Positions 1 through 9,082 of a DNA stretch of 35,195 bases are shown here, piece by piece. Position 1 is the first letter of the stretch; each line of letters begins with the position of its first letter. This stretch comes from a bacterium. GTDB taxonomy: Bacteria; Patescibacteriota; Minisyncoccia; Phycocordibacterales; UBA5272. Location: the NCBI GenBank assembly GCA_043778525.1, contig JAYWGA010000013.1, positions 1-35,195 on the forward strand. The letters are read 5' to 3'. Under the pieces are notes generated by a model. That model saw nothing but the letters and a program-made list of their open reading frames with translations. It was not told the origin of the DNA and did no database searches. The position numbers and the translations under genes were made by a program.

Positions 1-3000
1 AGCTGCTCTGGTACCGGTGAGTACGGGGATGGTGGGGGTTTCGGGGGTGGCAGGAGGGGTAGCTGAGGTGATAGTGACGTTGTGGCACCCAGACCAGGCG
101 CTGGAGTTGCCTTTGGTGTCTACTGCGCGAGACTTTACACAATAGCTACCTGCAGAAGGATATATGTGAGACAAATTTATACCTCCAGTGTACGGACCAA
201 ATGGACCAAAGCTTTGAGTATTCGTAGTACTGTTTGAATCCATCATCACAAAATAATTTATTTGGTCAGCTTGTGGATCTGTAGACGAAAGACCTACAAC
301 ATATGCAGTGCCCAGTATTTGAGCACCTGTGCCAGAAAGTACAGGTACTGTGGGTGTTTCATTTGTAGTAGCTGCATTTACATTTACAGTAAAGTTTCTA
401 GCTATGCTTGTGCCGTTTGTACCCGCACAATTTATAGTGTAAGTGTAAGAAGTGGTCGGTGCAAAGTTGTAGCCGCTATTTACACTTGAAAGTGCTACAT
501 TTGTAAAACCACCGCCAGAAATAGAGCAAGAGGAAACATTGGTCGTAGTCAGTGTAAAGTTTGCATTTGTGCCGCTGGTAATAGTCTGTGTCGAAGGCGT
601 CACTGAGAGAGTAGGTGCACCAGCAGTGGCTGGGGCTGAGATTGTAATGTTGTAGCAAGGGCTGGTACCTGATGTCGCACCTAGATTGTCCACCGCATAT
701 ACTTTTACACAATATGTACCCGCACTTGGATAAGAGAAAGTAGCAGTGCCTGTAGTACCCGAAGAATAATAACCTGCCTGATATGTAGTAGATCCACCAT
801 TTCCATTCCAGTTTACAAAATACATAATACTATTTCCTTCTGGATCATTAGAAACAAAATTTGCAGTCAGACTCACACCAGTCGTGCCTGTAGAAGGCAC
901 AGATACATTTGGTGTGCTTGGAGCAGTATTTGTAGGCGCGGCAGATGCGGCTTGAAAATAGTTAAAATTGGAATAGCTTCCATATTGTGATGACGAGTTT
1001 ATAGTTGCCACTCTCCATTTATAATACTGCCCAGCCACAAGAGGGACACTTTGATAAGTATAAGCCGTTGAATAATTATTGATCGCTCCAGTAGATATAT
1101 TTGTATACTCTACAAAATAGCCCGCTGCTCCAGAAATGCTATTCCAAGAAAGGTTTTGGGTTGTACCAGAAAGCACTGGACCATAAGCTGCCGTAGAGCC
1201 TGGCGTCAAAGATGAAGGTGCTGATAATTGTGATACGGTTATAGTAAAGTTGAATGCTGTAGTGTAGGCCGAAGAATTATTATTTGAGCTGTCAAACGAA
1301 TTCATATTCCACCTATAAGCTCTGCCTGCTACATACGGGTAGTTATGTGTAAATGAGTTTCCAGTTATTGGATTATTATAGGTATCCAATATGAGTGTAT
1401 TTGTAGTAAGATCTCTAATGTATACTCCATACTTGGCTGCACCAGATCCAGATCCCCAAGAAAATGTTACAGAGCTATTTGCCGATACACTCGGTCCAGG
1501 AGATGCAGTAGTTCCAGGAGCATACATTACTGGCAGACCCAGAGAATAATTTATAGCTTGCAGACTATTATTTGGTTTATAATTTTTTGGGTCTACATAT
1601 TCCCCTCCTTTTGTTTGAGGGTCAAAATATTTTCCAGTAGAATCTTTTTGTAAGGTGGTTTGTATTTCATTTTTACTAGTCTGTACTCCAGACAAGAAAT
1701 TTCCTCCTCCGAGCACTGTTCCATTTTTAGAAACATTTGCAAGATTTCCAACATTTGGCAATTTTCTTAAAGCTTTTTTTGTATCTATATTTTTTGAAAG
1801 AGCGTCCGCTAAATAGCTAGTGACAAGTGGGGTCGAAAAAGATGTTCCATTTATTTTTGTATATACTCCATTTTGGGTTAATGCTAATATATTTGTACCA
1901 GGTGCAAAAAGGTCAACTGCCTTTCCATAATTTGACCAAGCTGGCACTAATCCATTTTCATTTATGGCTGCTACGGTTATTACTGCTTTATTTTTGTAGC
2001 TAGCTGGATACACTGCCTCGACATCCAAATTCTTTCCATAGTTTCCAGCTGCAGCTACCATCACGACACCATGAGACTCTGCATACTTTATAGCATCGAG
2101 TAGACTTTGAGAAAATGTCGGTCCCGCAAATGACATATTTATTATATTTGCTCCATTGTGCACAGCAAAATATATCGCCCTGACTACATTGTCAGTTTCA
2201 AGTAGTCCACCGTTTGCTACTCTTAGTGACATTATTTTTACATTACCTCTTGAAATAGAAGCTATGCCGGTGTCATTATCATTTTGCGCGCCTATGAGTG
2301 AGGCTACAGAGTTGCCGTGTGTGGCGCCATCTGCAGGGCTTGGATCATTGTCATTATCCACAAAGTCATAACCACCCAAACAACCCTCATTTATTTTTTC
2401 AAAAAATTCATTTACGCAAGTATCACCTGACCATTTTTGTAATTCGATATCCTTATTTGAAAAATCAATACCAGCGTCTATCACAGCAACCACTGGAATA
2501 TTTTCTGATTTTTTATTTAAAAATAAACCTTTAGTATTTTCAAATATTCTAAACAAATACCATTGCTCTGTTAGCATTGGATCTGATGGCAAATAAGTTT
2601 CTTCCAATGACATAAGTACGGAAGGCTCTATTTGCTCATCGCCTACAGTTGCGAGTTTTGTTTCTGCTATAATGTCTTGATTTATTTTTTTTAAATCATC
2701 ATATTCTGAAAAGTTTAAACCTTTGTTTATTTTTTTCTTTGATTTTATTTCATCAATTTTATTTAAAAACTTAGAGCGAACATTATCTCTGACTTTTTTC
2801 TCTTTTTCTAGCTTTTCTTTTTTAACATGCTTTTTATTTACAAAAATTATATTTTCTTTAAAAACTTTGTCTTGCGAAGTTTGTACTGTACCTTGTAGGG
2901 TAGTGCTAGCAGGCACTTCAAAAGATTGAAGTCTATTTACTTGCTCTGTTATTTTAACATCCACACTCTCATTAGCGCTTTGTGCTAGTGCATTTTGAAA

Positions 3001-3051
3001 TACGAAAAAGGTTAATAATAGTATTGAGATAATTTGCTTGCTTTTGTTCAT
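1..3051 (-). CDS. Secreted subtilisin-like (S8) serine protease with C-terminal FN3-like and PKD-like repeat modules; C-terminal part of the gene (3' end) lies beyond the window edge
   Basis: Minus-strand frame opens at the ATG at 3049-3051 and has no stop down to position 1, so it is open-ended and absent from the ORF track. My translation starts MNKSKQIISILLLTFFVFQNALA (signal peptide). It contains the subtilase triad motifs VAVIDAGID (Asp), ATHGNSVASLIG (His) and NGTSFSTPLV (Ser). The C-terminal half has two S..W..GAA.Y modules and two modules ending YPSAG(T/S)YCVK..AVD..G. Confidence 0.85.
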   Translation of the reverse strand, partial: MNKSKQIISILLLTFFVFQNALAQSANESVDVKITEQVNRLQSFEVPASTTLQGTVQTSQDKVFKENIIFVNKKHVKKEKLEKEKKVRDNVRSKFLNKIDEIKSKKKINKGLNFSEYDDLKKINQDIIAETKLATVGDEQIEPSVLMSLEETYLPSDPMLTEQWYLFRIFENTKGLFLNKKSENIPVVAVIDAGIDFSNKDIELQKWSGDTCVNEFFEKINEGCLGGYDFVDNDNDPSPADGATHGNSVASLIGAQNDNDTGIASISRGNVKIMSLRVANGGLLETDNVVRAIYFAVHNGANIINMSFAGPTFSQSLLDAIKYAESHGVVMVAAAGNYGKNLDVEAVYPASYKNKAVITVAAINENGLVPAWSNYGKAVDLFAPGTNILALTQNGVYTKINGTSFSTPLVTSYLADALSKNIDTKKALRKLPNVGNLANVSKNGTVLGGGNFLSGVQTSKNEIQTTLQKDSTGKYFDPQTKGGEYVDPKNYKPNNSLQAINYSLGLPVMYAPGTTASPGPSVSANSSVTFSWGSGSGAAKYGVYIRDLTTNTLILDTYNNPITGNSFTHNYPYVAGRAYRWNMNSFDSSNNNSSAYTTAFNFTITVSQLSAPSSLTPGSTAAYGPVLSGTTQNLSWNSISGAAGYFVEYTNISTGAINNYSTAYTYQSVPLVAGQYYKWRVATINSSSQYGSYSNFNYFQAASAAPTNTAPSTPNVSVPSTGTTGVSLTANFVSNDPEGNSIMYFVNWNGNGGSTTYQAGYYSSGTTGTATFSYPSAGTYCVKVYAVDNLGATSGTSPCYNITISAPATAGAPTLSVTPSTQTITSGTNANFTLTTTNVSSCSISGGGFTNVALSSVNSGYNFAPTTSYTYTINCAGTNGTSIARNFTVNVNAATTNETPTVPVLSGTGAQILGTAYVVGLSSTDPQADQINYFVMMDSNSTTNTQSFGPFGPYTGGINLSHIYPSAGSYCVKSRAVDTKGNSSAWSGCHNVTITSATPPATPETPTIPVLTGTRAA

Positions 3052-3086
3052 ATAAATTTGGTTTGGTGTTTTGGGTGACATGAAAT

Positions 3087-3117
3087 AAAAAAAAAGCGGA
3101 CTATAAAAATAGTCCGC
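3087..3117 (-). terminator. Intrinsic terminator downstream of pheT
   Basis: Hairpin GCGGACT(3096-3102)/AGTCCGC(3111-3117). The A-run at 3087-3095 reads as a U-tract after the hairpin on the minus strand. It lies about 100 nt downstream of the pheT stop. Confidence 0.6.
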
Positions 3118-3214
3118 CTCTTTTATCAAAAATAATTTTTACACCATTTTTTGCTTTCATGTATGTTTTGCATATTAGCATATAAAAGTTTAGAATGCAA
3201 GCAAAGCCTAAATA

Positions 3215-5260
3215 CTACCTCACCTCAAAGCCTTGAGTCTTCAAATACTCATACACCCTTTGCATTTCCTTTTCCACCTCTTCGTCTGTCAGTGTTTTTT
3301 CAAAAGACTGGAAGATTATCCTAAATGCTGTGGACACTTTTCCAAAGTTTGCATCGCTTTCGCTAGGCGTATAGCTATCAAATACATAGCTCTTTAAATA
3401 ATTATTGAGCTGCATATTTTCTATATCATTTTTTATACTTTCAAAATCTATGCCGCTCGGTACCCACATAGATATGTCGCGTGAAATAAAAGGAAATAAT
3501 GAAAAAGCTTTATATTTATTATTTTTTACTTCATAGTTTATCTTTTCAAAATTTTCTAACTTTTCATTATTTTCTCCAAAATATTTTATAGCATCTAGCT
3601 TACTCACTAGATCTGTCACAGAAAACTCTACGCTCGCAGGCTTTTCTTTTATATTTATTATTTCTATTTTTATGTCAAAGTAATTTTCAATTTCTTTTAT
3701 CATATTTTCTATTTCCTCTATAAACCTACTTTTCTTTTTGCCATCATCTTTTACTATCACACACCTTCTCACTTCACCACTTTTTAAAAACACATTTCCA
3801 AATTCAAAAAAAGAAATAGTCTCGCTCTCATACAAAAAGCTGAGGTCTTTATTTTTATTAAATATTTTTTCGGCTCCACTACTTAAATCTGTGCGCAAGT
3901 ATGCTTTGTCACTTGCCAATGGCAGCATTACAGCTATATCACCATCGTCTGTAAAAGCATATCCCTGCACTTCATTAAAGTTTTTTTCTAAAAATATTTT
4001 TTTTATTAGAGTTTCTATAAAAAGTATTTTATTTACTTTACCTTTTCTTTCTACTGATACGGGTGCGCTCGATATATTATCTAGTCCATACACACGCACC
4101 ACCTCCTCGGCTATATCATCCATCATATTTAGATCCAGTCTTTCGTTTGGTACTGTCACTATTATTTTGCCACTTTCTTGTACTTCTACTTCTAGGCCAA
4201 GGCTCTCTAGTATTTTTACACTTTTCTCTTTGGGTATATCTGCACCAGATATTCTCTGTATATCTTTTATATTTATTTCTATTTTTGTAAAATCTTTCAA
4301 AGATTCTCCAGTATCCGATATTCCGCTCGCCGCAGTCTCGCTACCCCCAGCTATTTCAATTATCATTCTCGCTGTCATATATAGTCCATCAGCTACGAGG
4401 CTATCGGAGATACCATTTTCAAATCTCTTGCTCGCATCTGTACGTATATTATATTTTTGCGAAGTGCTTCTAATGAGGTCTGAGTCAAAATTGGCAGACT
4501 CTAGTATCACACTAGTGGTATTATTATTTACACCCGAGAGCTTGCCACCCTTTATACCAGCAAGACCCAGCGCCTTACTTTTTACACTGCCCTCTATACC
4601 ACTATCAGCTATCACTAGCGTACTATTATCTAGTCTTATTTCTTTATCATCTAGGGTAGTGAGACTCTCACCGTCATGGGCAAATAGTGCGCATAGCTTA
4701 CCATTTATATTTGTAGCGTCATAGGCGTGCATGGGTTTATTTAAAGAAAACTGCACAAAATTTGTAATATCTACTATATTATTTATAGATCTTTGTCCTA
4801 TGGCCTCTAGTCTGTCTTTTAGCCATAGCGGCGAGGCGGCGACCTTTATACCGTCTATACGCACAGACATCAGTCTGGTGCAAGCATTTTTATCTTCCAC
4901 AAATACTTCTACCTTTTGTACTTCTATATTTTTTTCTTTTTGCTCAGATATTTTTGTTTGTAAAAATTCATAGTTAGCATTTTTAGAAATATCATTCCAG
5001 GTGTACTTTGCACTGTCTTTTAAAGACAGATCAAACACAGCGGCCAACTCGCGCGCTACTCCCAAATGCCCAAGACAGTCATGTGCTCTATTTGGCAAAA
5101 TCTTCATCTCAAATACGCTATCGAGTGAGCCGTCATGACAAATAAACTCTGTCACTTCTTCTACTTCAAATGCCTGCTTTGACATTTTGTCTATTATCAG
5201 ATTATTCTCAGGCAATGCCTCTACAATATATTCCTGCAGCCACTTTTTAGAAAATTTCAT
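3215..5260 (-). CDS. pheT: Phenylalanine--tRNA ligase beta subunit
   Basis: 681-aa ORF with the typical PheT N-terminus MKFSKKWLQEYI and a PheT-like length. It lies downstream of pheS on the same strand. Confidence 0.93.
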   Translation of the reverse strand: MKFSKKWLQEYIVEALPENNLIIDKMSKQAFEVEEVTEFICHDGSLDSVFEMKILPNRAHDCLGHLGVARELAAVFDLSLKDSAKYTWNDISKNANYEFLQTKISEQKEKNIEVQKVEVFVEDKNACTRLMSVRIDGIKVAASPLWLKDRLEAIGQRSINNIVDITNFVQFSLNKPMHAYDATNINGKLCALFAHDGESLTTLDDKEIRLDNSTLVIADSGIEGSVKSKALGLAGIKGGKLSGVNNNTTSVILESANFDSDLIRSTSQKYNIRTDASKRFENGISDSLVADGLYMTARMIIEIAGGSETAASGISDTGESLKDFTKIEINIKDIQRISGADIPKEKSVKILESLGLEVEVQESGKIIVTVPNERLDLNMMDDIAEEVVRVYGLDNISSAPVSVERKGKVNKILFIETLIKKIFLEKNFNEVQGYAFTDDGDIAVMLPLASDKAYLRTDLSSGAEKIFNKNKDLSFLYESETISFFEFGNVFLKSGEVRRCVIVKDDGKKKSRFIEEIENMIKEIENYFDIKIEIINIKEKPASVEFSVTDLVSKLDAIKYFGENNEKLENFEKINYEVKNNKYKAFSLFPFISRDISMWVPSGIDFESIKNDIENMQLNNYLKSYVFDSYTPSESDANFGKVSTAFRIIFQSFEKTLTDEEVEKEMQRVYEYLKTQGFEVR

Positions 5261-5280
5261 ATCTTTATATTTATAATATC

Positions 5281-5330
5281 AAAAAACAAACAAAAAGAAA
5301 ACCCGTCCAATCGAATGTCGACTGGACGGG
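5281..5330 (-). terminator. Strong intrinsic terminator about 20-40 nt upstream of the pheT start codon
   Basis: Minus-strand CCCGUCCAGUCGA-CAU-UCGAUUGGACGGG (5302-5330): a 13-bp stem including one G-U pair, with a 3-nt loop. It is followed by UUUUCUUUUUGUUUGUUUUUU (5281-5301). Confidence 0.7.
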
Positions 5331-5621
5331 GAAATTAAGGATTTTGTAATATCTTTATTGGTGAGGTTTTATTAGTCTCATCCATTTTTATGACAGATGA
5401 CATAGATGTCACCAAACATCACAGATAATACTTTTAAAGGCGTTGCATCCTCAAACACCTACCTCTGATACTGTGCTAATGTTTGGGAACTACAGTATCT
5501 CAATACAGGCTTTTGGCTTAACCTGAGGAGTTATCCCTAAACAAACTCTTGAAAAAATTTGCCGTTTTCTAAGAGGTCCTCACAATTTAATAATACTAAA
5601 TTAATATGTTTCTGTAAAATT
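5331..5621 (-). promoter_or_regulatory. Candidate structured RNA leader or attenuator (or small RNA) filling the pheS-pheT spacer
   Basis: About 290 nt with no credible ORF. Several helices are readable by eye: 5524-5529/5577-5582, 5546-5550/5571-5575, 5467-5474/5492-5499, 5405-5409/5416-5420, and long-range 5360-5366 with 5449-5459. The region ends in the terminator at 5281-5330. No Rfam family is recognisable by eye. Confidence 0.3.
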
Positions 5622-6377
5622 TTAAAACTGACTCACCAGTCTCAAGTCGCCATTGTACAAATCCCTGATATCATTTATGCCATACCTCAGCATTACGATA
5701 CGATCTATACCAAAGCCAAAGGCAAAACCATTATATACACTCGAGTCTATACCACAGTTTTCGAGTACCTTTGGATGCACCATACCCGCCCCACCTAGCT
5801 CTATATACCCAGAATGCTTGCAAGTGCTACAGCCCGCGCCATCGCATTTAAAACAGCTCATATCAAACTCCACTCCAGGCTCTACAAATGGGAAAAATGA
5901 CGAGCGCATACGCACTGTTATTTTTTTATTAAAAAACTCTGACAAAAAATGCTCTGCTGTCCATTTCAGATTTGCCACCGAGACATTTTTATCTACATAC
6001 AGCGCTTCTATTTGATAAAACTGCGCTTCATGCGTAGCATCTGTCGCCTCATTTCTAAATACCTTACCAGGAGCGACCATCGCTATTGGATACTCTCTAT
6101 TATTTTTAACATGATCTATCATAGTGCGTATCTGCACACCCGAGGTCTGCGTACGCAAGAGTGTCTCTATGTCAGCCTCATTATTCTTCTTTAGCCAAAA
6201 AGTATCCTGCATCTCGCGAGCTGGGTGATTTGGGGGGAAGTTTAATGCTTCAAAATTATGAAAGTCATCTTCTATCTCGGGACCATCTAGTACATCAAAG
6301 CCTATTTTGGTAAATATTTCCGCAGCCTCATTTATAAAAATGCTGATGGGATGCATGCTAGCTTTTTGATTTTGCAT
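5622..6377 (-). CDS. pheS: Phenylalanine--tRNA ligase alpha subunit (short form lacking the long N-terminal helical arm)
   Basis: 251-aa ORF with class II aaRS PheS core motifs: HPISIFINE, FPPNHPAREMQDTFW, LLRTQTSGVQIR, FRNEATDATHEAQFYQIE and GFAFGFGIDRIVMLRYGI. Confidence 0.93.
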   Translation of the reverse strand: MQNQKASMHPISIFINEAAEIFTKIGFDVLDGPEIEDDFHNFEALNFPPNHPAREMQDTFWLKKNNEADIETLLRTQTSGVQIRTMIDHVKNNREYPIAMVAPGKVFRNEATDATHEAQFYQIEALYVDKNVSVANLKWTAEHFLSEFFNKKITVRMRSSFFPFVEPGVEFDMSCFKCDGAGCSTCKHSGYIELGGAGMVHPKVLENCGIDSSVYNGFAFGFGIDRIVMLRYGINDIRDLYNGDLRLVSQF

Positions 6378-6426
6378 AAGTTTTATATTTATATAATAAC
6401 ATAAAACTAAATAACAATAAAAGACA

Positions 6427-7392
6427 CTAAATTACACTTTTTAAAAGCTCTTTAAATCCGTGGGTATTTACAAAATAATTTTCTTTATTTTTATTTAAAA
6501 ATTCCTTTATAACTTTTTTCTGCTGAAAAGTTTTGCCAGAAACAAGAGTATCTTCAGACAACAAATTAAAATATACACCGTCCAAAAAAGATACATAAGA
6601 GACATTTTTTTCTTCAAAAGAAATAAAATTAATGATCTCAGACATTTGTTTATCCTGTCCTCCACCGGATTCTTTTACATGTTTATGCTCCAATATAAAA
6701 ATCCTATTTTTAATTTTAAATAGAAAGTCTGTCTGTTTATTTTCATGCTTTTTTGACCAATCAAAATTAATTTTGTAATATACTAAAATTTCTTTAAAAA
6801 TAACTTTATCTTGTTTGTCTGGATAAATATACGCCATATCACTATTTGAAAAGTCTTTTATGTTTTCACCTTCAAAATGTTTTAAACCAAAAGAATCTAA
6901 AACATCAGAAACTTTCTTACTACCAGTATTACCATTTTTTTTATGAGCCTTAGAATCACTCAAAACTTGCATACTTGAAGAACTATATCCATGGGTTAAA
7001 TATAGCGCATGTCTATCCTTTATAAATTCAGGAATCATTTTTTCTAAAAATTCTAATTTTAAAACTTCCGTTTTTAAAGTTTTTTGATATACACTAAAAG
7101 AGATATCTTTTGTCGCCCAAAAGCTAGTAAATTCAGTAAAATTTATACCTTTAACCTTTAAAAGATTAAGTATATTTAGCAATATACTTTTTTGCATTTT
7201 TATATTCTTAGCCAGAGTAGCTATTTTATAAGCAGATATGTTTTCTAAAATCTCACTATTTGCAAGCATGAGAGCATTTTTTATTTCTATATTTTTTTCT
7301 ATTATTAGATTAGAATCTTTTATATAATATTTATCTATATAATTTTCTTTATTCTTAAAACTTTCTTCTAGGGCTATTATATTATCAATCAT
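6427..7392 (-). CDS. Putative type II restriction endonuclease (PD-(D/E)xK-like), partner of the upstream methyltransferase
   Basis: 321-aa ORF starting 8 nt after the methyltransferase stop. Candidate catalytic signature TDFLFKIKNRIFILEHKH (D...ExK), followed by GGGQDK. Assignment rests on context plus this motif only. Confidence 0.5.
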   Translation of the reverse strand: MIDNIIALEESFKNKENYIDKYYIKDSNLIIEKNIEIKNALMLANSEILENISAYKIATLAKNIKMQKSILLNILNLLKVKGINFTEFTSFWATKDISFSVYQKTLKTEVLKLEFLEKMIPEFIKDRHALYLTHGYSSSSMQVLSDSKAHKKNGNTGSKKVSDVLDSFGLKHFEGENIKDFSNSDMAYIYPDKQDKVIFKEILVYYKINFDWSKKHENKQTDFLFKIKNRIFILEHKHVKESGGGQDKQMSEIINFISFEEKNVSYVSFLDGVYFNLLSEDTLVSGKTFQQKKVIKEFLNKNKENYFVNTHGFKELLKSVI

Positions 7393-7400
7393 ACTTTTAT

Positions 7401-8417
7401 TTAAAATAGCTTACTACCAAAACCAGACTCTTGATAAGCTTCTTCCAAGATAGCTCTAGCTGTTGTGTAGTCTAGCCTTCTTCGTCTCTCTCCATTTTTT
7501 TTGTTACCTTTAAAAGGTGAAAGTAATACATCACTTGTTTTTATTCTAAATTTAGATAATATAAAATTACTTTTATCTATAATTTCTTGCACTGATTCTT
7601 TTTCTGTTAAATTAATTTCTATAAGAGTGATCAGTCTAGAGCTGACTTTTATAGTTGTAAGATCATAGTCCATTTCATTTGGATTCATAAATTGTATTGG
7701 TCTATTTATGTTTGTGGTATCTACTGCACGCAATGCGATTTGCCCATTAAGAGAATTAAACTTTAAACCTAAGTTTTTACTAGGAATTTTTTTCATATCT
7801 TCTATTTCTTTTAAATTTCCAATATAAATGTCGTTTTTGTAAATCTCTATATTACCATAGTCTTTTACAATATTATCAAAACAAATTACACATATCGGGG
7901 TCTCTGTATCATCAAACATTAAATCTTCAATAATAGTAATACTCTTTAATCTATTTTTAGGAAAACTAGAGTTTATAAAAGTTTCTGGCACTATCATTAC
8001 ACCATATTCATTGTTTTCTAAACATTTTTCTATCGCTATCTGATAAAGATCATCGTATTTAGAATTTTCAAAGTATTGAAGCACACTATCATATACACCT
8101 TTTCTACTTGCACTATATTTTGCTAGATATGGAGGATTTGTTATTATAATAGAGTCTTTTATTTTTTGTATTTTTATTAAACTATCATTTATTTTATAAT
8201 TTAAAGTTTTATCAATATCAAAACCTAAAACTTTTTTAAACCCTATTTGTTTTGCAGCTAAAAGCAAATCTCCCTTTCCAGCGAAAGGATCAAAAGCTAT
8301 AGTTTTATTACTATTTTCAATGAAATCAAGAATGTGTTTTTTTAGCCAAAAATGATTTTTTGTAAAAAATTGACCTAGTGTAGTTTTTTTTGTGCTATTT
8401 TTTATGTTTTCACTCAT
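7401..8417 (-). CDS. N6-adenine DNA methyltransferase (gamma-class motif order)
   Basis: 338 aa. Motif X-like GQFFTK, motif I FDPFAGKGDLL and motif IV ITNPPY occur in that order. Confidence 0.85.
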   Translation of the reverse strand: MSENIKNSTKKTTLGQFFTKNHFWLKKHILDFIENSNKTIAFDPFAGKGDLLLAAKQIGFKKVLGFDIDKTLNYKINDSLIKIQKIKDSIIITNPPYLAKYSASRKGVYDSVLQYFENSKYDDLYQIAIEKCLENNEYGVMIVPETFINSSFPKNRLKSITIIEDLMFDDTETPICVICFDNIVKDYGNIEIYKNDIYIGNLKEIEDMKKIPSKNLGLKFNSLNGQIALRAVDTTNINRPIQFMNPNEMDYDLTTIKVSSRLITLIEINLTEKESVQEIIDKSNFILSKFRIKTSDVLLSPFKGNKKNGERRRRLDYTTARAILEEAYQESGFGSKLF

Positions 8418-8471
8418 TAGTTAAAGTATATTAAAAACTATTTTTTAATCAAGTTGACAAAATATAAAAGA

Positions 8472-9014
8472 TTAAAAATCAAACCAGCGGTAGAGAGCGA
8501 TACTAGCGGCTGAAAAAATGTTTAAAGACTCTTTACTGCCATACTGGGGTATTTCGGCTATCAGATCACATACATTTAAAATACTTTTGTCTATACCCTC
8601 CACCTCACGGCCCAAGACTATGAGATAATTTTTATTCTCATCTACTTCTATTTTTTTATAGTCCACAGAATTACTTTCCTGTTCTAGGGCTATGACAATA
8701 TTATCTTTATTTATATTTCTAAAATTATTTATAAAATCTATTACTGCTTTCAGATTTTCTGCATTAGTACTTCGCGCGTATATTTCACTTTGTATCTCTT
8801 GTCCTACTCTACTCCACTTTATATTATTTTCGCTATTTAAAGATATTTTCGCAAAATCCTCGCGCGTACGACTAAATCTATCTATCGGCCCAGGAGTAAT
8901 ACCAGACAAAATTATTTCGCTAGCGCCAATACAGTCAGCAAGTCTAAAAATGCTAGCTACATTTTGTACACTTCTTATATCGTGAAGCAGTATTTTAAAA
9001 TTATATTTTTGCAT
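8472..9014 (-). CDS. SpoU/TrmH-family RNA 2'-O-methyltransferase
   Basis: 180 aa. SPOUT-type motifs: HDIRSVQNVASIFRLADCIGASEIIL, LGREVEGI and SLNIFSAASIALY. Confidence 0.8.
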   Translation of the reverse strand: MQKYNFKILLHDIRSVQNVASIFRLADCIGASEIILSGITPGPIDRFSRTREDFAKISLNSENNIKWSRVGQEIQSEIYARSTNAENLKAVIDFINNFRNINKDNIVIALEQESNSVDYKKIEVDENKNYLIVLGREVEGIDKSILNVCDLIAEIPQYGSKESLNIFSAASIALYRWFDF

Positions 9015-9082
9015 TATTTTGTTTATTATAGCATTTTAAAATAAGATGATAAAAAAAACTAATTATGCTAAAATAGTTATAT

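Noticed and set aside
2354-2362. Exact DnaA-box consensus TTATCCACA
   Set aside because: It is a single isolated occurrence inside the protease coding sequence. There is no cluster and no adjacent AT-rich unwinding element, and the dnaB-proximal intergenic region has no good boxes.
262-2929. Small track ORFs 262-489(+), 476-712(-), 2156-2371(+), 2298-2534(+), 2723-2929(+)
   Set aside because: All lie inside, and out of frame with or antisense to, the uninterrupted S8 protease frame (1..3051, minus strand).
3738-4724. 328-aa plus-strand ORF (plus 4063-4290 and 4731-4973)
   Set aside because: It lies entirely antisense to pheT. The product is Ser/Leu/Phe-rich low-complexity sequence typical of shadow frames in AT-rich coding DNA, and pheT has clear family features.
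5335-5385. 16-codon minus-strand mini-ORF (MDETNKTSPIKILQNP) ending just before the terminator hairpin, as a possible Phe attenuation leader peptide
   Set aside because: It contains no Phe codons and has no Shine-Dalgarno sequence, so a pheM-type attenuation peptide is not supported.
5470-5545. RNase P RNA-like string ACAGGCTTTTGGCTTAAC on the plus strand of the pheS-pheT spacer
   Set aside because: It resembles the ACAGAAnnnGGCUUA P4 3' strand. But no GGAAAGUCC-type 5' partner or other conserved RNase P regions are present, and the spacer is too short.
5331-5621. Canonical T-box riboswitch call for the spacer
   Set aside because: I could not find the conserved T-box sequence (..GGUGGNACCGCG..) or an obvious UUC specifier loop with AG-bulge or distal-loop motifs. 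It is kept only as a generic structured-leader candidate.
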